A model generated the notes under the pieces. The model searched no databases. It worked only from the letters and a program-made list of their open reading frames with translations, and had not been told where the DNA came from. A stretch of DNA of 60,021 nucleotides from a virus (lineage: Duplodnaviria; Caudoviricetes). The stretch spans positions 1 to 60,021 of IMG/VR virus record IMGVR_UViG_3300021411_000007. The stretch is one strand, 5' to 3'. Shown here in pieces: positions 19,396 to 26,746 of the stretch; the first letter of the stretch is position 1; each line of letters opens with the position of its first letter. Position numbers and translations under genes: made by a program.

Positions 19396-19675
19396 TTTGC
19401 TTGCCTTTCTTCTTGTCTCGCCTCTTCTTGCTTTTAACAAATCTATCCATGCCTTCTACAAGGACAATTTCCGCAAATCGTTCATAGTCAGACTCTTGCA
19501 ATTCATCACCTAATGGACTAATAACCTCACTAGCAGTCTCGCAAAACTCTCGCCAGAACTTTTCGCTTACACCTGATATGAGCCATTTCATATCAGGCTT
19601 GATAGGCACTTTGATCGTTTGAACTCGGGGGCGACCAGCACTAGACCGAGCGCCTCCGCTTCCTTTACCTCCCAT
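19388..19675 (-). CDS. Putative DNA-binding protein (GGAR..AGRP hook)
   Basis: N-terminal 'GGKGSGGARSSAGRPR', basic C-terminus. Confidence 0.5.
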   Translation of the reverse strand: MGGKGSGGARSSAGRPRVQTIKVPIKPDMKWLISGVSEKFWREFCETASEVISPLGDELQESDYERFAEIVLVEGMDRFVKSKKRRDKKKGKQNE

Positions 19676-20045
19676 GAACTAACTCCGCTTTCACATGCCA
19701 TCCAGCACTTGCAGACGGATCAGCAAACTCAGCTATCTCAGCCGCTTCCTTCGCACTTATCCATTCAGCATCCTTCACGGCACGATACTGATATTTGCCA
19801 TCTTGGATAATATCACCAGCTTTGTATGCTCTATCCAGGACAAAGATAACTTCTTGCTCAGGAGACTCTTCGACTGGCTCTTTCACCTCTTGTGTTGCCA
19901 TCTTTGCCTCAAGAGCGGATTTCTGACTCTCATAGAGCTTGTCATCTTCCGATCCTGGTTCGATGATCGTATCATCTTCTAGATCATCACCGAAGAAATC
20001 ATTGAACAAAACCAAGTCAACTTCCATTTTGAAATCCTCTTTCAT
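19665..20045 (-). CDS. Highly acidic hypothetical protein
   Basis: About a quarter Asp/Glu; first gene after a strong promoter. Confidence 0.6.
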   Translation of the reverse strand: MKEDFKMEVDLVLFNDFFGDDLEDDTIIEPGSEDDKLYESQKSALEAKMATQEVKEPVEESPEQEVIFVLDRAYKAGDIIQDGKYQYRAVKDAEWISAKEAAEIAEFADPSASAGWHVKAELVHGR

Positions 20046-20080
20046 TCTTTCGTCCTAGAGAACTGTTTCTCTATATTTGA

Positions 20081-20109
20081 ATTATGCCATATTTTCAAAC
20101 GGTTGTCAA
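20081..20109 (-). promoter_or_regulatory. Sigma70-type promoter with overlapping inverted repeat
   Basis: TTGACA-N17-CATAAT; TTTGAA..TTCAAA palindrome across the -10. Confidence 0.7.
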
Positions 20110-20254
20110 GCTTATTTGCTATGAATATTGGCTGTTTTTCAAAACTTGTTCAAATTGGCAAGAGGGCTCAACAAAAAGGCATTGCTATGCATGAGTTCAT
20201 CAGTTATACTTGCTGTAGAGATATTTGCTATACATGAGCTTGACAGGAGGGCAT

Positions 20255-20686
20255 ATGGACAATCCGCTTATCTTGCCGTCAATTGTCATTGGTTTATCGT
20301 ATATTGTCCTAGGTGTGTTGTTATTCTTTTGTGCTAAAATGTTTCTAGCATCCTCAGAACGCAAGTTGAACATTCTCAAGACAAGTACATCTATTGCAGC
20401 TATATCTGTTGATCAGAGGTATCCACAAGAACATCCTGAGCAGAGGAAAAAGCGCATAGCTATTCTGACGGTGGCTATCCTCAAAGAGCTTGACCACCCG
20501 ATACAGGAGCATTTCACGATAGATGCGCTGATTGACTCATCGATACGCAATATTGATACTGAGGCGAGTCTTGTGGCAATTCGGATGAGTGAGATGCCAA
20601 CGGATGAGATGAGGTTGCAAAGTACGCCAGTGCTGGGCATGAGACAGAGAGCGATATCGAAGAGTGGGATGAGAAGCTTGCATTAG
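20255..20686 (+). CDS. Membrane protein, distant LL-H-holin-like paralogue
   Basis: N-terminal TM then 'SVDQRY...EQRKK.A...IDALIDSSI'; GGAGG RBS. Confidence 0.45.
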   Translation: MDNPLILPSIVIGLSYIVLGVLLFFCAKMFLASSERKLNILKTSTSIAAISVDQRYPQEHPEQRKKRIAILTVAILKELDHPIQEHFTIDALIDSSIRNIDTEASLVAIRMSEMPTDEMRLQSTPVLGMRQRAISKSGMRSLH

Positions 20687-20708
20687 TGTTGAGCCAGTTG
20701 TGGGCATG

Positions 20709-20739
20709 AAAAAGCCGCTGTCCGTTGTGGAAGCGGCTT
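20709..20739 (-). terminator. Intrinsic terminator of the minus-strand island operon
   Basis: AAGCCGCT/AGCGGCTT stem then T-tract on the minus strand. Confidence 0.65.
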
Positions 20740-20754
20740 GATTGCTGTGGTGGG

Positions 20755-20955
20755 CTACTCTGGAAGAAATTCAATCCTCCGTTGAGGATGGCGATTGCCT
20801 TCTGCATCTACTGTCCCCACTTCAAGCCACATAAGAGGCTTATCGCCACCTTGCTCTTGCGCTTGCTCAACACAATTCTTAAGCGCCTCATCGAGGGTTT
20901 TACCGGTTGCTGTAACCTCACCGGTTCCTCGCAGACTGCCAAACAAATTATTCAT
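20755..20955 (-). CDS. Hypothetical protein with HicB-like N-terminal motif
   Basis: 'ATGKTLDEALKN'; GAAAGG RBS. Confidence 0.45.
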   Translation of the reverse strand: MNNLFGSLRGTGEVTATGKTLDEALKNCVEQAQEQGGDKPLMWLEVGTVDAEGNRHPQRRIEFLPE

Positions 20956-20967
20956 CAGCCGTCCTTT

Positions 20968-21426
20968 CTAATGGCCTCTTAAGCCATTTATGCCCCTCAA
21001 TCCTAATGGATCTCCGTCAACAGGAGCATTGAGATATCTTTCTCGAAACTCATCATTAATGGCCTCGCTGGCCTTCTTCCACTCTGTCCCCTCAAGATCT
21101 AGCTCATTGTAGATCTTGAGGGGAATACCCGTGAGGGAGGCATAGAACTTTTCTTTCTCTCTTTCCTCGTTGATGGCAGATTGGTGCGCAATACGCTCAT
21201 TGTCCTCTTCTTGGAAAAGAGAGAGGAACTCATTAAAATATTCCTCAGATACCATCTCGGCTTTATGCTGCTTGCAGATCCGACTCTCAGCCTCATCAGG
21301 CGAGACATTCCGAAGGATACCGCCCTCGACCTGCCTTCTTCCGCATGAGAATGAAGACTCATCAAGAATGGAATACTCGATATCGCCCGATATTGGACAA
21401 ATACGGTTAATTTTTGCTATCTTCAT
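20968..21426 (-). CDS. Acidic hypothetical protein
   Basis: 152 aa, GAGGTG RBS. Confidence 0.6.
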   Translation of the reverse strand: MKIAKINRICPISGDIEYSILDESSFSCGRRQVEGGILRNVSPDEAESRICKQHKAEMVSEEYFNEFLSLFQEEDNERIAHQSAINEEREKEKFYASLTGIPLKIYNELDLEGTEWKKASEAINDEFRERYLNAPVDGDPLGLRGINGLRGH

Positions 21427-21450
21427 GTCTCACCTCTCTTTCTGATTGAG

Positions 21451-21690
21451 CTACAGATCTACTTCAAATCCCTGGCTTTTGAGATGCTCTACAACATGCT
21501 TCATCGTGGCGTACGGTGTTCCAGGCGGGAACGTCACGCTGGGATATCTAAGGGACTCATCCACTTCCAGGCCATTGATCCCAGCAGGTAGAGCGGCCTG
21601 GACCTGCTCTACCGTTGCGAACTTTGTGCTTTCCCCTTGTATCTTGGGCGCATAGGGGACTTTGATATACTGGCGATGCCGATCACTCAT
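21451..21690 (-). CDS. Hypothetical protein
   Basis: 79 aa, tightly packed in operon. Confidence 0.55.
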   Translation of the reverse strand: MSDRHRQYIKVPYAPKIQGESTKFATVEQVQAALPAGINGLEVDESLRYPSVTFPPGTPYATMKHVVEHLKSQGFEVDL

Positions 21691-21699
21691 GATATTCTC

Positions 21700-22011
21700 T
21701 CAATCGGTCAGTTGACCGAGCTGATACTCAGGATTGTGCACGACGGCTACAACGTACTTTTGAAGCTTGGGGTCCCAAACCGCAACCGCACCATAGGCGT
21801 GCATGACCGCGTGGGCAATCGTGAATGCACAAGGCAACGATGCGGGACCATTGACCCTCAAGAGGGGACCGCCTTGCAGACCACCGTCCTCTTTGATCTC
21901 TGCAAGACGCGATGCAGCATCCTTGACGATCTCTGCATTCGTGGCAGGATCGCCAAATTTGACATTCAAGATGCTCTGCTCAGGATTGAAATCGATAATG
22001 AAACTTGACAT
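21700..22011 (-). CDS. csx3: CRISPR-associated Csx3 (Crn3) ring-nuclease homologue
   Basis: 'LNVKFGDPATN.EIVKDA', 'LLRVNGPASLP.AF.IAH...H.YGAVAVWDPKL.KYVVAV.HNP.Y.LG' match the Csx3 family pattern; H71/D80 spacing equals A. fulgidus H60/D69. Confidence 0.85.
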   Translation of the reverse strand: MSSFIIDFNPEQSILNVKFGDPATNAEIVKDAASRLAEIKEDGGLQGGPLLRVNGPASLPCAFTIAHAVMHAYGAVAVWDPKLQKYVVAVVHNPEYQLGQLTD

Positions 22012-22040
22012 TGTTAGAATTTCCTTTCAACTTGTAGATA

Positions 22041-22081
22041 CTTCGAGCCCATTCGACTCGCATCGCACACGGCACTGAAAC
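22041..22081 (+). repeat. Solitary degenerate CRISPR-repeat-like sequence
   Basis: CTTCGAGCCCATTCGACTCGCATCGCACACGGC-ACTGAAAC; ends in an ACTGAAAC handle; single copy, weak stem. Confidence 0.3.
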
Positions 22082-22094
22082 CAAACGAGAGGGA

Positions 22095-22376
22095 CTACCC
22101 TCGACTCCGAAGATACTCATCCTGATCCCACTCCATAGCATTCCTGCCACCAGAACCAGGATTGCCCTTCCCTTTCAGTACGCGGCGCTCTTCGGTGAGA
22201 GTATCTTTTTGAGTCACTAGCTCTTCCAGCTCTTTCTCAAGAGAGGATCTCTCTTGCTTGCTTACTGTCCATTTCTTAGTACGTAGGGTACCGATTTGGG
22301 TGCCCAATCGAAGAGACTCTTTCTCAATCTCTTCAAGGCGTTTGAGATTATTTAATGTCTCCTGCCCCCACTGCAT
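22095..22376 (-). CDS. Coiled-coil hypothetical protein
   Basis: Likely start MQWGQ after GAAAGGTG RBS. Confidence 0.55.
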   Translation of the reverse strand: MQWGQETLNNLKRLEEIEKESLRLGTQIGTLRTKKWTVSKQERSSLEKELEELVTQKDTLTEERRVLKGKGNPGSGGRNAMEWDQDEYLRSRG

Positions 22377-22424
22377 AATTCTCACCTTTCTTGTGCTAGA
22401 GCACTGCCTGAACATCAGGCTTTA

Positions 22425-22658
22425 CTATTCGGCAGTATAACTGCCATAATCCGTCCAGCGGGCAATGCCGTCGAACTTATGAATCGAGATGGACATTTGT
22501 CCATTTCTTTTGTTGAAAGTCTCGATTTTGAGACTTTCAACTCCACTATCTCTGCGATCCCAATTCTGGGAAGTGCTGAGAACTGGCATTGCCACTATCT
22601 CAGCTTCCGTGAATACATACTCTTTCGGCATTCCACCGACGTACACATCTTGCTTCAT
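22425..22658 (-). CDS. Hypothetical protein
   Basis: GGAAAGG RBS, 77 aa. Confidence 0.55.
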   Translation of the reverse strand: MKQDVYVGGMPKEYVFTEAEIVAMPVLSTSQNWDRRDSGVESLKIETFNKRNGQMSISIHKFDGIARWTDYGSYTAE

Positions 22659-22720
22659 GAAAAACGCCTTTCCTGCCTGACATCAGGCGTGCTGACTACT
22701 ACTGATCCCGCCACCAGGGA

Positions 22721-23143
22721 CTACTGTAACTTTGCTGCAACTTCCTGGAGATACCCAGATCGTTTCAGCGCCTTTTTGATGCACTCAGCTTTGTCCGCAT
22801 CGACTGCTACCCACGACCGCGTATTGTTTGAGAAGACCCATTGCTCTGCTACGTCGTACGCCTCGTACGCCAGCTTCACAGACTCGCCATGGGACTGGAA
22901 AACTTCATTTGCTGCTGTTTCAAGCTGCTCTAAACTGAATGTCTCGGCTTTTTTCTCAAGCTCAGGACGCCTCTTGAGCAGATTGCGGACATCCTCACGA
23001 TCAAATGGACTGAATGTCGTCTCAGACCGCTCTTCACCATCATAGTCATACTTGACGCTGAAATTGCCTTTTTCGTCGTTGAGTGGCTCTATGGAGAGGA
23101 TAATTTCCTCTGGAAGATTTTTATTTCCTACGCTGATTGTCAT
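22721..23143 (-). CDS. Hypothetical protein
   Basis: AAGGAG RBS, 140 aa. Confidence 0.6.
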   Translation of the reverse strand: MTISVGNKNLPEEIILSIEPLNDEKGNFSVKYDYDGEERSETTFSPFDREDVRNLLKRRPELEKKAETFSLEQLETAANEVFQSHGESVKLAYEAYDVAEQWVFSNNTRSWVAVDADKAECIKKALKRSGYLQEVAAKLQ

Positions 23144-23173
23144 TGCTTTTTCTCCTTTTTGTTGCTCTCTTGC

Positions 23174-23815
23174 TTACTTTTGAACTACTTTCTTGGTGAG
23201 TCGGGCTTCAGCTTCAAGCAACTGCATGCCTGACTCATACCAACCCCCAAATCCTTCTGTAACATGGACTTGCCTGTCTCCCAAGAAAGCAATGCCATAT
23301 TCTTGGTTGTTGGTGAAGACTTCCACATTTTCTCGTGGCTTGCTTTCACCTTCCAGAAGGACTCGGCAAAGAGGATTGCCTGTTAATTTAGCTCTTTCAA
23401 TCGCATTACTCACGAAATCGCTCCTTTTGCCATCAGGGAAACTATCAACAATTTTTGCTGCTTTTCTGCTGATGGTATACGTTCGCTTTACAGTATCTTT
23501 GGTAGATGGCCTGCCACCGGTGTGCTTTGGCTTCTCCTGAATTTCAGGCTCTTGCACTGGCTCAGGGAAGACAACCACAATCTTGACATACTCAGGACCG
23601 TTGAGCTTGGAAGCTTTCTCAGCTTTCTTGAGTGCCTCTTGCTCTGAAGTCGTCTCAAGAACGTTGGTGGTATGACCTGCGAGACCTGTCTGAAGAACTG
23701 CATAAGTCTTCTCAGTGATTGGTTTCTCTGGAAGCTTTCCAGTGCTCCAACTTCTCTCCTCAGAGGTGTAGAAGCGACCTGGAAGGTCATTAACTGTAAC
23801 AATTTCGTAGTCCAT
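23174..23815 (-). CDS. Multi-domain protein with central hook plus ribbon-helix-helix-like DNA-binding segment
   Basis: 'GGRPSTKDTVKRTYTISRKAAKIVD....GKRSDFVSNAIE'; first gene after promoter. Confidence 0.6.
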   Translation of the reverse strand: MDYEIVTVNDLPGRFYTSEERSWSTGKLPEKPITEKTYAVLQTGLAGHTTNVLETTSEQEALKKAEKASKLNGPEYVKIVVVFPEPVQEPEIQEKPKHTGGRPSTKDTVKRTYTISRKAAKIVDSFPDGKRSDFVSNAIERAKLTGNPLCRVLLEGESKPRENVEVFTNNQEYGIAFLGDRQVHVTEGFGGWYESGMQLLEAEARLTKKVVQK

Positions 23816-23848
23816 TTGCTCTCTCCTTCGTATTCTTGATCTAGTAGT

Positions 23849-23878
23849 ATTGTAAGATATATCCTACCTATCTGTCAA
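23849..23878 (-). promoter_or_regulatory. Sigma70-type promoter of island operon
   Basis: TTGACA-N18-TACAAT. Confidence 0.65.
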
Positions 23879-23937
23879 GGGGTTTAGAGACCAATTTTCA
23901 ATATCGCCAGAATGTCGTTAATGCCCGTCATGCATCT

Positions 23938-24015
23938 CTAATGGATGTATATCGATATGATGATACCTAGTGCTATGAGCAGCACAAATACCAGGATTGG
24001 TGTAAACCTCTTCAT
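23938..24015 (-). CDS. 25-aa hydrophobic peptide
   Basis: MKRFTPILVFVLLIALGIIISIYIH; AGGAG RBS. Confidence 0.45.
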   Translation of the reverse strand: MKRFTPILVFVLLIALGIIISIYIH

Positions 24016-24038
24016 CAATTTCTCCTGTAAATGAGCAC

Positions 24039-24070
24039 AAAAATAGGGCTACCGACAATTGATAGCCCTG
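24039..24070 (-). terminator. Intrinsic terminator
   Basis: AGGGCTA/TAGCCCT stem followed by T-tract on the minus strand. Confidence 0.6.
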
Positions 24071-24090
24071 ACTTCTTCAATGAGCTTGTT

Positions 24091-24276
24091 CTACGCTGCA
24101 GCAGTCGTCTCAAGCAGCCTGCCCAACGTCGAACGCTTGATCCGGTAACTCTGGCGCTTGTTCTGGTGAGGTAACACTACAGCCTCTAACACGCCTGCCT
24201 TAACCCAACGACGAACCGTGGTGTCATCAACACGCAATTGTTGCGCCACTTCATGTACAGTCAATAGATCTTCCAT
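24091..24276 (-). CDS. Excisionase-like HTH (MerR/HTH_17) protein
   Basis: 'LLTVHEVAQQLRVDDTTVRRWVKAGVLEA..L...YRI'. Confidence 0.8.
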   Translation of the reverse strand: MEDLLTVHEVAQQLRVDDTTVRRWVKAGVLEAVVLPHQNKRQSYRIKRSTLGRLLETTAAA

Positions 24277-24323
24277 TGGTTTCTCCATATGAGTGTAAAT
24301 GTCAGAATTAAATGAGCGAAATT

Positions 24324-24353
24324 TTGACAATTATGTGGGCGATTGGATATACT
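24324..24353 (+). promoter_or_regulatory. Promoter at left end of the miniature element
   Basis: TTGACA-N18-TATACT followed by GGAGG and ATG. Confidence 0.6.
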
Positions 24354-24391
24354 GGGAGGGAAAATGATGAGATTGGTTTCTTCCGTACGGG

Positions 24392-24562
24392 AGAGGACGT
24401 GTCGGCGGGCGGCCCAGAAAGCTCAAGACCAACGGGAAAGTAGCGCTGGCCCGGCAGATGTTTGCTGACCAGAGTCATTCTATCCCAGAGATTTGTACGG
24501 CACTTGGGATCTCTCGTGCTACGTTGTATCGCTATATCAAAGAGGCTGAAACGCCCATATAA
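24392..24562 (+). pseudogene. C-terminal HTH fragment of a serine resolvase/invertase
   Basis: RGRVGGRPRKL...ARQM.....SIPEICTALGISRATLYRYI; catalytic domain missing. Confidence 0.85.
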
Positions 24563-24708
24563 TTGTCAAAATTTCGCTCATTTAATTCTGACATTTACAC
24601 CTTTGATGAAAAGACACTCAGGTCATTCAAAGATATGGTTACACTTAATGCTCTAAAGAGTACCATATCACCCAACCAATGTCAACCATACCGGTACTCA
24701 GGACAATC

Positions 24709-25056
24709 TCATCTATTAGACGCCTCTTTATCCTTCCTAGCACATTCTTTGCAACATGTTATCAAGTTCTCTACTTTCTCTGAACACTTGTTACATGCCA
24801 CCTCATGACACCACAGGCAAAGATACCTGCTACTCTTGTCATGGTCGCAAATAGGCTTATTCTCGCAAACCTGATAGGTCGGGCCTTTACCGTTCTCGCC
24901 TGCTAGGATCTTCCTGAGATAGCCTACCGACCTGTGATTATCCTGCTCTAGCCGCTCTAGAAGCAGCTCAGCATAGGCACGCACCTTCTCAGTGTCACCG
25001 GATAGTCCGTGCTCTACGATGTCCATGATCGTTGCCATGTAGTCACTCATAGTCAA
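24709..25056 (-). CDS. Hypothetical protein with C-terminal Cys-rich Zn finger
   Basis: Several CxxC pairs. Confidence 0.55.
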   Translation of the reverse strand: MTMSDYMATIMDIVEHGLSGDTEKVRAYAELLLERLEQDNHRSVGYLRKILAGENGKGPTYQVCENKPICDHDKSSRYLCLWCHEVACNKCSEKVENLITCCKECARKDKEASNR

Positions 25057-25186
25057 TTTCCTTCCATTTGATAACTGTGCTCTCTTTGCGATTGAGAGCC
25101 GTTTTTGAGAGAGTAGGATCTACATAGGCCCACTCATCAGTAAAACATCCTCAAAGCACAGTCAGGTCGAGCGTGTCAACGAATAG

Positions 25187-25447
25187 CTAGAGATTTGCGT
25201 CCCTTCCTCTTTCAGGCAATTCAATATCTTCCAAGCTAACCAGTCCGGTCTTGAGTGCCCAGATAGCGAGCTGTACACGTGACGTGAGTCCCAATTCTTG
25301 CAAGATATCACTAACATGCGTTTTTGCCGTTGTTGATGCTAGCCTCATCTCTAAAGCTATGGCATCATTTGTATAGCCGTGGGCTACATAACGCGCTACT
25401 TCCATTTGACGCTTCGTGAGCACAAAGTAAGCAGGTAGTGTTTTCAT
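25187..25447 (-). CDS. LuxR-type HTH regulator (stand-alone)
   Basis: 'LTKRQMEVARYVAHGYTNDAIA......T.KTHVSDILQELG..SRVQLA'. Confidence 0.85.
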   Translation of the reverse strand: MKTLPAYFVLTKRQMEVARYVAHGYTNDAIALEMRLASTTAKTHVSDILQELGLTSRVQLAIWALKTGLVSLEDIELPERGRDANL

Positions 25448-26295
25448 ACCACTTCCTCACTCAAGAACAATACTTGCTGCTTAGGTGTGGATAGAGCCTT
25501 TTCAACTTTGCGCTCATAGGCTGGTTGCGCTATCCCCCACGCGTGCTGCCGTTGTGTCAAGCCACTTTTCTTGTATGCCTCTATCCCTCTGCCTTTCCGG
25601 TCATTCCAGGCTGCGCTATCCACACTGATAATTTGCTCAGGCATGGCTTCACTGGATTGCAGATAGCCGAGTTTGACTCCCCACAAATGCACAGGCACGT
25701 CTCCCAGCTCGGTCACGACCACATTAACAACTTGCCTGATCATCTCAGCACTTGCACGTCTGCAGAGCGTACCAATCCCCACGCGAAAGGGCCGGCCTGC
25801 ATAGTGCAATCTCATCTCGTCTATGAGTGGCTTCATCTCTCGAGCATGTCGTCTGTAGTCGGCTACCTCCCAACCTTGCACAGTCGGTACCCATACCCAC
25901 GGGACGCCTCGGTAGTCATCCCAGAACCTGTAAGCCATACCTGTGGTCAACTGCTGCCTATCACGAACTATCCCAGGCTTACCCGATGTGATTTCATCCT
26001 CACAACAGTAATCCATGGTTGCAGCCCAATCTGGCTTCCAAGTGTGCAACCACTGGACATACTGCTCTGGACTATAGCGGTACTGCCCTCCCCACTTGAA
26101 GCTAGCGACAAATCCACCACAGTCAGCTGCTCGCTGACTCACATGCTCAGGCAAATTTGGCTTGAGGAGATAATAGCCTCCATCCTTTGCACTCTGCCGT
26201 ACGAAACTAGAAGCAGGTAGCAAGATTGGCACGTCAGGCATGTAGGGACGAATATCACTTGAACTAACAGTGTAGTAAAACTCAAATGTGCTCAT
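25444..26295 (-). CDS. TGT-fold, DpdA-like transglycosylase (putative base-exchange enzyme)
   Basis: DCGGF, MDYCCE, PTVQGW, GIGTLCRR, HLWGVK, SVDS motifs in TGT-family order. Confidence 0.75.
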   Translation of the reverse strand: MSTFEFYYTVSSSDIRPYMPDVPILLPASSFVRQSAKDGGYYLLKPNLPEHVSQRAADCGGFVASFKWGGQYRYSPEQYVQWLHTWKPDWAATMDYCCEDEITSGKPGIVRDRQQLTTGMAYRFWDDYRGVPWVWVPTVQGWEVADYRRHAREMKPLIDEMRLHYAGRPFRVGIGTLCRRASAEMIRQVVNVVVTELGDVPVHLWGVKLGYLQSSEAMPEQIISVDSAAWNDRKGRGIEAYKKSGLTQRQHAWGIAQPAYERKVEKALSTPKQQVLFLSEEVV

Positions 26296-26573
26296 TCGTT
26301 CTCTCTCTCAAATTTCACGACGCAGCTACATACCCATATCCCTAGCCTCTCATGCCATACGAACTTCTCTACACTCTTCAAACACGTCTTACGACCGCAA
26401 TAGCCGTGCTTCTGACAGTAGATACTCCCTCCTGGGCTCAATAGAGTAGCTGGCTCACTACACTTCACACACGGTCCGAGTGGGCTTGCAATCGTCGGCG
26501 GGTTGCCAGTCGGCGGTATCGTTGCGCTTCCTGCCACTGGTTGAGGCGCGGCGAATAGTAGCTCCTGTATCAT
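26292..26573 (-). CDS. Cys-rich Zn-finger protein
   Basis: Start MIQELLF; CxxC/CxxH motifs. Confidence 0.55.
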   Translation of the reverse strand: MIQELLFAAPQPVAGSATIPPTGNPPTIASPLGPCVKCSEPATLLSPGGSIYCQKHGYCGRKTCLKSVEKFVWHERLGIWVCSCVVKFERENE

Positions 26574-26746
26574 GATTTTGCCCACTCATTCCAATTCTCT
26601 AGCTTCAGCTTCTCTACAATCTTTCGCTGTCCCTCGTTCAACTCATGCCTCTCAGCTCGTCGCACAAACTCAGCAGGCTCAAATGCTGAACGCTCGAGTG
26701 CAAATCTGCAGGTAGAACAGAGGCAGTAGCGGTCATGGTAGTTCAT
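26570..26746 (-). CDS. Small protein (58 aa)
   Basis: MNYHDRYCLCSTC..; ATGA overlaps at both ends. Confidence 0.55.
   Translation of the reverse strand: MNYHDRYCLCSTCRFALERSAFEPAEFVRRAERHELNEGQRKIVEKLKLENWNEWAKS

Larger units (their letters stand above)
24293..24600. mobile_element. 308-bp miniature element (internally deleted transposon / MITE) with 49-bp terminal inverted repeats
   Basis: 24293..24341 is the reverse complement of 24552..24600 with 1 mismatch; contains a resolvase fragment; no target-site duplication seen. Confidence 0.8.

Noticed and set aside
24563-24808. Two ORFs starting MSKFRSFNSDIYT
   Set aside because: Artefact of translating the two inverted repeats outward; not a gene duplication.
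25525-26220. Long antisense ORFs (also 9919..10533, 34892..35494, 53649..54185, 59016..59627)
   Set aside because: They are shadows of well-supported genes on the other strand, with no RBS or recognisable motifs.
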